Part shown: piece after piece, positions 8,992-16,094 of the stretch
How the letters are laid out: each line of letters starts with the position of its first letter
Numbering within the stretch: position 1 is the first letter of the stretch
Assembly: GCF_000155895.1 (NCBI RefSeq)
Contig: NZ_DS995298.1
Span: 750,001 to 782,000 of the forward strand
Direction: 5' to 3'
DNA length: 32,000 nt
DNA from: Candidatus Pelagibacter sp. HTCC7211
Lineage (GTDB): Bacteria; Pseudomonadota; Alphaproteobacteria; Pelagibacterales; Pelagibacteraceae
Program-made: the position numbers and the translations under genes
Notes under the pieces: model-generated
What the model was told of the DNA's origin: nothing
Seen by the model: only the letters and a program-made list of their open reading frames with translations
The model's database searches: none

Positions 8992-10002
8992 ATGTTTAAA
9001 AAATTATCTTTATATTTTACTTCATTAGTTTTGGCGTTCACAATGATTGGTTCAGCTTATGCTGTTACTTTAAAAGCAAGTCACCAATGGCCAGGAACTC
9101 CAAGAGCTGATGGATCATATGATCCGCGTCATGAAATGGTTCAAATAATTGCGGATGAAGTAAAAAAAGCTAACGTTGGAATAGATATAAGAATCTACCC
9201 AGCAAAATCTTTATATAAACCAAAAGAACAGTGGAAACCAATGACTACTGGACAATTGGATATATCAGCATTCCCTTTAGCATATGCTTCAAAGTTTCAT
9301 CCAGAATTTGATGCAACATTAATGCCTGGAACTGTAAAAAATCATGATCATGCATTGAGATTTAATAAAGGTCCAATGATGACAGAAATAAAAAGAATTA
9401 TTACTGACGCTGGTGTAGTAGTTCTGTCTGATGCATGGTTAGGTGGAGGATTTGCATCAAAATCTAAATGTATAAAAAATCCTAGTGATGCAAAAGGACA
9501 AGTAATGAGAGCTGCTGGAAAAGCTTTTAACCAAATGTTAGAAGCAGCAGGAGCTGGTATTCAAAGTATGCCTTCTTCAGAAATCTACACTGGATTACAA
9601 ACAGGTGTATTAACAGGTGCAAACACTAGTTCGGGAAGTTTTGTAAGTTATAAAATTTATGAACAAGTTAGTTGTGCAACACCTCCAGGAAAATTTGGTT
9701 TATGGTTTATGTATGAGCCAATTCTTATGTCTAAAAAGTCTTTTGATGCTTTAAACTCAAAACAACAAAATGCACTTATGGACGCTGGAAAAGTTGCAGA
9801 AAAATATATGACTGCTCAAGTTGAAAACTTAGATAAAAAGTTTGAGGATGCATATAAAGCTGCTGGTGTAAAATTAGTTTATATGGATGAGAAAGATCAC
9901 GCTGCTTGGGTTGAGATAGCAAAAAAATCTTCTCACAAAGCTTTTGCTGAGAAAGTTCCAGGTGGAGATAAATTAATGGAAATGGCTTTGGCAGTTAAAT
10001 AA
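8992..10002 (+). CDS. dctP: TRAP transporter solute-binding protein (DctP family)
   Basis: 336 aa. It has a signal peptide (MFKKLSLYFTSLVLAFTMIGSAYA), periplasmic-binding-protein size and composition, and is directly followed by DctQ- and DctM-type genes. Confidence 0.85.
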   Translation: MFKKLSLYFTSLVLAFTMIGSAYAVTLKASHQWPGTPRADGSYDPRHEMVQIIADEVKKANVGIDIRIYPAKSLYKPKEQWKPMTTGQLDISAFPLAYASKFHPEFDATLMPGTVKNHDHALRFNKGPMMTEIKRIITDAGVVVLSDAWLGGGFASKSKCIKNPSDAKGQVMRAAGKAFNQMLEAAGAGIQSMPSSEIYTGLQTGVLTGANTSSGSFVSYKIYEQVSCATPPGKFGLWFMYEPILMSKKSFDALNSKQQNALMDAGKVAEKYMTAQVENLDKKFEDAYKAAGVKLVYMDEKDHAAWVEIAKKSSHKAFAEKVPGGDKLMEMALAVK

Positions 10003-10019
10003 ATATACTATATAAAGAA

Positions 10020-10055
10020 CCCCTATTTATTCATTTTAAATAGGGGTTTTTTTTT
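10020..10055 (+). terminator. Rho-independent terminator/attenuator between dctP and dctQ
   Basis: Perfect 10-bp stem CCCCTATTTA (10020-10029) / TAAATAGGGG (10037-10046), a 7-nt loop, then T9 (10047-10055) running directly into the dctQ ATG at 10056. Confidence 0.8.
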
Positions 10056-10550
10056 ATGAAAAATAAATATTTAAAATTTTGTGATTTTACAGCAAAAGCT
10101 TGTGGAGCTTTTGCTGTTTTGGCCTTACTTTTATCTATATTAGTTATTGTGGAACTAGTATTTGAAAGATATTTTTTTCAAAGAGCAATAACTTGGCAAA
10201 CTGAACTTGTAACAATGTTACTAGTTGCTTCCACATTTATAGGAAGTGCTTATGTTTTAAGCGAAAAAGCTCACGTTAGTATGGAGTGGATTTATGATTT
10301 TATGTCAAAAAAAAGTGTTTTACGTCTCAAAATATTCACTTCATTTTTAAGTTTATTATTTTTTTTAATTTTGTTTTATTTTGGTTTTTTAATGGTAGAG
10401 GAAGCATTTACTAAAAACTATTCTACAGGAACAGTTTGGGACCCACCATTATGGATACCTTATTCATCAATGATGATAGGAGCTGTTTTAATGATACTTC
10501 AATATATTGCGGAAATTATTAAATTAACGGATGAGGCTAAGCAAAATTAA
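10056..10550 (+). CDS. dctQ: TRAP transporter small permease (DctQ family)
   Basis: 164 aa with four hydrophobic helices. Position and size are typical of DctQ. Its stop overlaps the dctM start (TAATG). Confidence 0.8.
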   Translation: MKNKYLKFCDFTAKACGAFAVLALLLSILVIVELVFERYFFQRAITWQTELVTMLLVASTFIGSAYVLSEKAHVSMEWIYDFMSKKSVLRLKIFTSFLSLLFFLILFYFGFLMVEEAFTKNYSTGTVWDPPLWIPYSSMMIGAVLMILQYIAEIIKLTDEAKQN

Positions 10551-11881
10551 TGGATCCTCTAATAATAGCAGTTATAGTAGCTGTTTTTACATTGATAGTT
10601 TTATTTTCTGGAATACCGATAGCCTTTGGTCTTAGTTTTGTATCAATAGTTTTATTGGTTGCATTTGAAGGTATTCAAATGCTCGATGTTTTTGCAGAAA
10701 CATTTTATGCGGGCCTAAATTCTTTCGTACTTCTCTCAATTCCAATGTTTATTTTAATGGGAATGGCAGTAGCAAATTCTCCTGCGGGAAAGGATCTTTA
10801 TACTGGTTTAGATAGATGGCTTTGGCGAGTGCCAGGGGGATTAGTTATTTCTAATATAGGTGCTTGTTCTATATTTGCTGCTTTAAGTGGATCTAGTCCA
10901 GCTACATGTGCAGCCATAGGAACAATGGGTATACCAGAAATGAGAAAGAGAGGTTACTCTGACCAAATTGCTACAGGTACTATTGCAGCAGGTGGAACAT
11001 TAGGAGTCTTGATTCCTCCAAGCATAGTTTTAATTGTTTATGGAATTGCAACTGGTACATCAATTGGAAGATTATTTTTATGTGGTTTGGTTCCAGGCTT
11101 TATGTTGGCCGGCATGTTTGCTATTTGGGCATTAATACATAGTTACTTCATTGATAAAGAAGCAGCAAAAGCTTTAAGTAATAGAGTAAGACCAACCTTA
11201 AAAGAAAAACTAGAGGTGTTACCAAGAATACTACCGTTCTTAGCAATTATAGCTGGAGTTCTATATGTTTTGTATGGCGGTGTAGCAACTCCTTCTGAAG
11301 CTTCTGGTGTTGGAGCATTTTTAGTATTTGTATTGATAGCCGTAGTCTACAAAATTTATCAACCAAAAAAAATATGGAACATAGTTAAAGTATCAATGAA
11401 AGAAAGTGTAATGATTATGTTCATTATTGCAGCTTCTTATCTTTTTGCATTTACTCTTTCCCAGCTTTATGTAACTCAGTCTTTAGCTCAGAGCATGGTA
11501 GAATTAAGCTCAAATAAATGGGTAGTGTTTATATTAATAAATATATTTCTTTTGATTGCTGGTTTCTTTTTACCTCCAGTTGCTGTTATTGTGATGACAT
11601 CAGCAATATTATTACCAGTTATAACAACTCTAGGATTTGACCCTTATTGGTTTGCAATTGTATTTACAATCAATATGGAAATTGGATTAATCACACCTCC
11701 TGTTGGATTAAATCTTTATATTATTAAAGGAATTACCCCAGACGTTAGTTTGTCAGAAATTTTGAAAGGCTCTATACCATTTATGATTATAATGGCTTTA
11801 GCTATTTTAATTTTATGTATTTTTCCAGAAATAGTTACATGGCTTCCTGACAAAATAATGGGTAAACCTCTTGGATACTAA
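10550..11881 (+). CDS. dctM: TRAP transporter large permease (DctM family)
   Basis: 443 aa polytopic membrane protein. It has DctM-like blocks (GIP.AF.L, SGSSPAT.AA.G..GIPEM...GY, GG.LG.LIPPS). Confidence 0.9.
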   Translation: MDPLIIAVIVAVFTLIVLFSGIPIAFGLSFVSIVLLVAFEGIQMLDVFAETFYAGLNSFVLLSIPMFILMGMAVANSPAGKDLYTGLDRWLWRVPGGLVISNIGACSIFAALSGSSPATCAAIGTMGIPEMRKRGYSDQIATGTIAAGGTLGVLIPPSIVLIVYGIATGTSIGRLFLCGLVPGFMLAGMFAIWALIHSYFIDKEAAKALSNRVRPTLKEKLEVLPRILPFLAIIAGVLYVLYGGVATPSEASGVGAFLVFVLIAVVYKIYQPKKIWNIVKVSMKESVMIMFIIAASYLFAFTLSQLYVTQSLAQSMVELSSNKWVVFILINIFLLIAGFFLPPVAVIVMTSAILLPVITTLGFDPYWFAIVFTINMEIGLITPPVGLNLYIIKGITPDVSLSEILKGSIPFMIIMALAILILCIFPEIVTWLPDKIMGKPLGY

Positions 11882-12875
11882 TAATAAAATTAGTAGAAAA
11901 ATATCTGTTGCTCCAATGATGGATTGCACAGATAGACATGATCGTTTTTTCTTAAGATTAATGAGTAAAAACGTAATGCTTTATTCTGAAATGGTTGCTA
12001 CAAAATCTGCAATTCATGGAGATAGAAAAAAAATCCTATCGTATAGTCCTGAAGAAAAACCCTTAGCATTACAGGTGGGTGGATCAAATAAAGATGAGTT
12101 GGCAGAAGTTGCTAAGATCGCAGAGGATATGGGATACGATGAAATCAATATTAATTTGGGTTGTCCAAGTAAAAAGGTTCAAAAAAATATGTTTGGAGCA
12201 TGTTTAATGAAAGAGCCCGATCTTGTTGCAGAGTGTATTAATTCAATGGTAAATTCGTGCAATATTCCTGTTACAGCAAAAACAAGAATTGGTTTTGATC
12301 AAACTGAGGATTTTGATTATTTGAACAACTTTATTCATAAAATGCGAGATGCAGGGACCAAAACATTTATTTTGCATGCAAGAAAAGCAATGCTTACTGG
12401 TTTATCTCCAAAACAAAATTTAAATATTCCCAAACTAAACTACAATATGGTTTATGAAATAAAGAAAAAAAATCCTGAATTAGAAATAATTATTAATGGA
12501 GGAATTTCAAAGGTAAGTGAGATTGATAATCATTTAAAATTTTGTGATGGTGTTATGATAGGAAGATCAATTTATCAAAATCCATATTCATTAATAGAAA
12601 TTGAAAGAGATATTTTTAATACCCACAACAATCCAACTAGAGAACAGGTTGTAGAAAAACTTTTAGAATATGCTGATAAGGAAGTAAAATTAGGAACAAA
12701 GATTAATCATATAATGAGACACACAGTAGGTTTGTACCATGGACAGACAGGTTCAAAAGATTGGAAAAGATATTTAAGTGATAACTTAATGGCCCGAGAG
12801 TCCGATTTTCAGAAAACAAAACATATTATGACAATTGTTCAAAACAATGAGAAAGCTATCCAGGCTAATTCTTAA
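11871..12875 (+). CDS. dusA: tRNA-dihydrouridine synthase A
   Basis: 334 aa. ISVAPMMDCTDRHDRFFLRL closely matches the DusA N-terminus (S.APM.D.TDRH.R.F.R). NLGCPS and the TIM-barrel FMN motifs are present. The only start upstream of the conserved block is TTG at 11871, overlapping dctM by 11 nt. Confidence 0.9.
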   Translation: MDTNNKISRKISVAPMMDCTDRHDRFFLRLMSKNVMLYSEMVATKSAIHGDRKKILSYSPEEKPLALQVGGSNKDELAEVAKIAEDMGYDEININLGCPSKKVQKNMFGACLMKEPDLVAECINSMVNSCNIPVTAKTRIGFDQTEDFDYLNNFIHKMRDAGTKTFILHARKAMLTGLSPKQNLNIPKLNYNMVYEIKKKNPELEIIINGGISKVSEIDNHLKFCDGVMIGRSIYQNPYSLIEIERDIFNTHNNPTREQVVEKLLEYADKEVKLGTKINHIMRHTVGLYHGQTGSKDWKRYLSDNLMARESDFQKTKHIMTIVQNNEKAIQANS

Positions 12876-13711
12876 TGGAAATTTTAGATATAAATGAAAT
12901 AATTAATTTATTAGTTGTTTTGTCAATAGCTGCATCAGTAGCAGGTTTTATGGCTGGCTTACTTGGAGTTGGCGGAGGTATTATAATGGTTCCAGCTCTG
13001 TACTATGCTTTTACAGTATTAGATTTTGATATTGCAACAAGAATGCATTTATCTGTTGGAACTTCTTTGGCAATAATAATTCCAACTTCAGTTATTTCAT
13101 CAAAAACTCATATGGAATACGATGCAGTAGATTTTAAGTTAGTAAAATCATTCGGCATCTTTATTGTACTAGGCGTAATTGGAGGAACATTTTTAGCAGT
13201 TAATCTTAAGACATCCACATTTGTTTTATTTTTCTCAGTAATGGCATTTATTGTTGGTTTATTTTTTATTTTCTTTAGAGAAAAAGTCGTAGAAAATCCA
13301 AAAAAAATCAAAGACTCAATTAAAAATATTTCTGGGATTATCGTAGGTTTTATTTCTGTACTACTTGGTATAGGGGGAGGTTCTTTAATGGTCCCATTTA
13401 TGAGAACTTTTGGTTATGATATAAGAAAATCAATTGGAACAGCATCTGCAATTGGTTTTTTAATTGCATTAAGTGGAACTATAACAATGATAACGGGAGG
13501 TAAAATAGCTGCAAATATAAATACACCTTTTAGCATTGGTTATATTAATTTACTTGGATTTATTGTATTTGTTCCTGTGACGATGTTAATGGCACGTATA
13601 GGGGCAAAAGCAGTGTATAAATTAGATAAAAAGTTATTAAGTAAGATTTTTGGAACATTTTTAATTGCTGTTTCTATAAGATCTTTTATTGAGTATTTAA
13701 ATTTAACTTAA
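12875..13711 (+). CDS. TauE/SafE-family anion (sulfite/organosulfonate) exporter-like membrane protein
   Basis: 278 aa with two repeated halves, each carrying G.LGVGGG / LLGIGGGS.MVP motifs characteristic of the TauE/SafE family. Start overlaps the dusA stop as TAATG. Confidence 0.8.
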   Translation: MEILDINEIINLLVVLSIAASVAGFMAGLLGVGGGIIMVPALYYAFTVLDFDIATRMHLSVGTSLAIIIPTSVISSKTHMEYDAVDFKLVKSFGIFIVLGVIGGTFLAVNLKTSTFVLFFSVMAFIVGLFFIFFREKVVENPKKIKDSIKNISGIIVGFISVLLGIGGGSLMVPFMRTFGYDIRKSIGTASAIGFLIALSGTITMITGGKIAANINTPFSIGYINLLGFIVFVPVTMLMARIGAKAVYKLDKKLLSKIFGTFLIAVSIRSFIEYLNLT

Positions 13712-13724
13712 AAAAAAATAAATT

Positions 13725-15032
13725 ATGAAGTTTAATTTAAAAGAAATTATTTCCTCAATAGCTGACGTAGGTCAAAAACTATTTAAAAAAACTGAACTTA
13801 AAAAAGATGATTTAGAGACCATAGTTTCATTATGTGATGATTTAATTTCTAATAAAGGAGCTGCTTTTGGAATTACAGTTGCAAGAGATATAACTGATTT
13901 ATATCAAACACTTTCACCTGAAAATAAGCTTCTATTTTTTAAAAAGATAAATGAAAAATATAAACCAAGTCATACAAAAGTGACTGAGGCAATTGAAAAT
14001 TATCAAAAAACTCAAAATGATAAAAATTTGTATAAATTATTTATTACATCTGAAGGAAAGAGAAGGGAGCTTTTCAAAAGAATGAATATGGCTCCAAATG
14101 GAATATCAACAATTGTTTCATTAAGAGAGGATTTATTAAAAATACTGGATGAAAATAAAGATCTTGTGCCTTTAGATGATGATTTAAGAGAATTATTTAA
14201 ATCTTGGTTTAATCCAGGGTTCCTAAAATTAGCAAAAATTACCTGGGAAACTAAAGCTGCTGTTTTAGAAAAAATTATGAAATATGAAAGAGTTCATGAA
14301 ATTAAAGATATGGATGAATTAAAAAGACGGCTTGGAGAAGATAGAAGATTTTTTTCTTATTTTCATCCAGCGCTTGAAGATGAACCAATAATTTTCGTAC
14401 AAGTTGCTCTAACTAATGGTTTGGGTAGATCTATTCAAGAAATTACAAAACCAAGGTCAGATGGAGATCAAAAATATGACTCAGCAACCTTTTATTCAAT
14501 TAGTAACTGTCAGGAAGGGTTATCTAGAGTTACTTTAGGAAATTTTTTAATTAAAAGAGTTGTGTTTGAAATCCAAGAAGAATTGCCAAATATCAAACAT
14601 TTTGGAACACTTTCACCCATACCTGGTTTTAGAGATTGGTTTTCATATCTAGAGGATGCAAAAATAAAAAATATTTTAGGAGATGCGCCAATAGAAAATA
14701 TTTCTTTTTTAAAATCACCAGACTTAAAAGTTGGTGATCCAAGGATTGTTTCAAACAAAGTATCTATTACAAAATTAGTTGCACATTATTTAATGAATGA
14801 AAAAAATAATAAACAATTACCAATAAATGATGTTTGTAGGTTTCATTTAGGTAATGGAGCTATAATTGATGATATTATTATAAATGCCAATGTATCAGAA
14901 GTGGGTTTAAATAGATCATTTGGTGTGATGGTTAATTATTTATATGAGCTTAGGAATATTGAAAAAAATCACGAAGAATATATCAATAACAAAACAATAA
15001 TAATCTCTGATAAACTTAAAAAAATTATTTAA
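13725..15032 (+). CDS. Malonyl-CoA decarboxylase (MCD/MatA family)
   Basis: 435 aa. FYSISNCQEGLSRVTLGNFLIKRVVFEIQEELPNIKHFGTLSPIPGFRDW aligns by eye with the conserved MCD catalytic core (FYSIS..Q.GL.G..LG.FLIKRVV......F..LSPIPGF..W). Confidence 0.85.
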   Translation: MKFNLKEIISSIADVGQKLFKKTELKKDDLETIVSLCDDLISNKGAAFGITVARDITDLYQTLSPENKLLFFKKINEKYKPSHTKVTEAIENYQKTQNDKNLYKLFITSEGKRRELFKRMNMAPNGISTIVSLREDLLKILDENKDLVPLDDDLRELFKSWFNPGFLKLAKITWETKAAVLEKIMKYERVHEIKDMDELKRRLGEDRRFFSYFHPALEDEPIIFVQVALTNGLGRSIQEITKPRSDGDQKYDSATFYSISNCQEGLSRVTLGNFLIKRVVFEIQEELPNIKHFGTLSPIPGFRDWFSYLEDAKIKNILGDAPIENISFLKSPDLKVGDPRIVSNKVSITKLVAHYLMNEKNNKQLPINDVCRFHLGNGAIIDDIIINANVSEVGLNRSFGVMVNYLYELRNIEKNHEEYINNKTIIISDKLKKII

Positions 15033-15040
15033 AGTATAAT

Positions 15041-15241
15041 TTAATTAATTCCCCATTTAACTTTATTCCAAATTCTTTCATGGAAGTAGTAGAAAAAGAG
15101 AGGAATAATTGACCCAACACCTAATATGCCAGCACCTGTAAATGTGCCAGTATAAATATAGCCAAAAATCATCCAATAAATGAAAATAAAAAATCTCCAG
15201 GAAAATGTTTTTGCAATAGATCTAATTTTTTTATCTGCCAT
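15041..15241 (-). CDS. Small two-helix membrane protein, DUF2061-like
   Basis: 66 aa. SIAKTFSWRFF followed by two hydrophobic segments and HERIWNKVKWG resembles the DUF2061 family. Its stop is 8 nt from the convergent MCD stop. Confidence 0.55.
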   Translation of the reverse strand: MADKKIRSIAKTFSWRFFIFIYWMIFGYIYTGTFTGAGILGVGSIIPLFFYYFHERIWNKVKWGIN

Positions 15242-15302
15242 TATTTAATTATATAATAAATAATTATTGTAACAAATCTTTAAATAGTTAACTTTAGATT
15301 TA

Positions 15303-15701
15303 ATGAATAAAATAAACAAAAATTTTTTAAAATCATCTTATCCTATAACAAATCTAAAATTATGTTCGATTAGATTAAATGATAATTTAAAGTTTCCGTG
15401 GTTGATATTAATTCCTAGAAGAAAAAATATTAAAGACATGACTGAACTTAATTCTAAAGATCAAGTATTGCTAATGAAGGAAATTATTTATGTAAGTAAA
15501 ATTGTTAAAAGAATATTCAAAACTTCTAAGCTTAATGTTGAAAAAATAGGAAATATAGTTCCACAATTACATATTCATATTATTGCTAGAAAAAAAACTG
15601 ATAGTTCATGGCCATTATCTGTATGGGTTGTTAAAGGAAAACCTTATTCTGCTAAAGTTTTAAATAAATTAATAAATAAAATTAGATTAGCCTTTAAATA
15701 G
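15303..15701 (+). CDS. HIT (histidine triad) family nucleotide hydrolase/transferase
   Basis: 132 aa with the histidine-triad motif QLHIHIIAR near the C-terminal third. Confidence 0.8.
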   Translation: MNKINKNFLKSSYPITNLKLCSIRLNDNLKFPWLILIPRRKNIKDMTELNSKDQVLLMKEIIYVSKIVKRIFKTSKLNVEKIGNIVPQLHIHIIARKKTDSSWPLSVWVVKGKPYSAKVLNKLINKIRLAFK

Positions 15702-15704
15702 AAA

Positions 15705-15734
15705 GAGGTGATTTCAGTCTCCCTCCATCACCTC
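15705..15734. other. GC-rich hairpin in a convergent spacer; a possible terminator (better on the minus strand) or a small structured RNA
   Basis: 8-bp perfect stem GAGGTGAT (15705-15712) / ATCACCTC (15727-15734) with a 14-nt loop TTCAGTCTCCCTCC. It starts 3 nt after the HIT stop. On the minus strand the stem is followed by TTTCTATTT; on the plus strand there is no U-tract. Confidence 0.4.
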
Positions 15735-15806
15735 ATGAATTAGATTAAACGATTCTCTGCTAATAACTAAGCACGTTTTGATTGAATCTTGATTAATTGT
15801 ATAACT

Positions 15807-16094
15807 TTATTTTGAGATTTCTTTTTCACAAAATTTAGATGCAAATTGAGTATCCTCAATAATTTTTTCAGGATTTTGTTTAAAAACTTCTTTTAATTCC
15901 TCATCATTAAATTTTTCACCCAACTTTTGAATGGTGCACATGCAATAAGTTTTCGCTTTATTTGAGCCTAAATACTGCTTAGAATTTTGATAACATCCAA
16001 TATAGATTTGTTGTTGATTTATCTCACTTAATGCTTGGTTTTTAAAAGGGATTAGTAAAAATAAAAGTAAAATTAAGCTATATTTTTTGATCAT
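15807..16094 (-). CDS. Small secreted/periplasmic protein of unknown function (four Cys)
   Basis: The ORF is open to 16142, but the ATG at 16094 gives a clean signal peptide (MIKKYSLILLLFLLIPFKNQALS) preceded by GGGGAA. The mature part is about 70 aa with Cys at GCY, YCMC and FCE. It overlaps the PMM/PGM 3' end by 17 nt in another frame. I recognise no family. Confidence 0.5.
   Translation of the reverse strand: MIKKYSLILLLFLLIPFKNQALSEINQQQIYIGCYQNSKQYLGSNKAKTYCMCTIQKLGEKFNDEELKEVFKQNPEKIIEDTQFASKFCEKEISK

Noticed and set aside
15041-15701. The divergent pair of small genes (DUF2061-like membrane protein and HIT protein), considered as a possible toxin-antitoxin or defence module.
   Set aside because: The HIT protein has a standard histidine-triad hydrolase motif. 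The partner is a tiny two-helix membrane protein. Neither resembles known toxin, antitoxin or defence families, and nothing suggests mobility.
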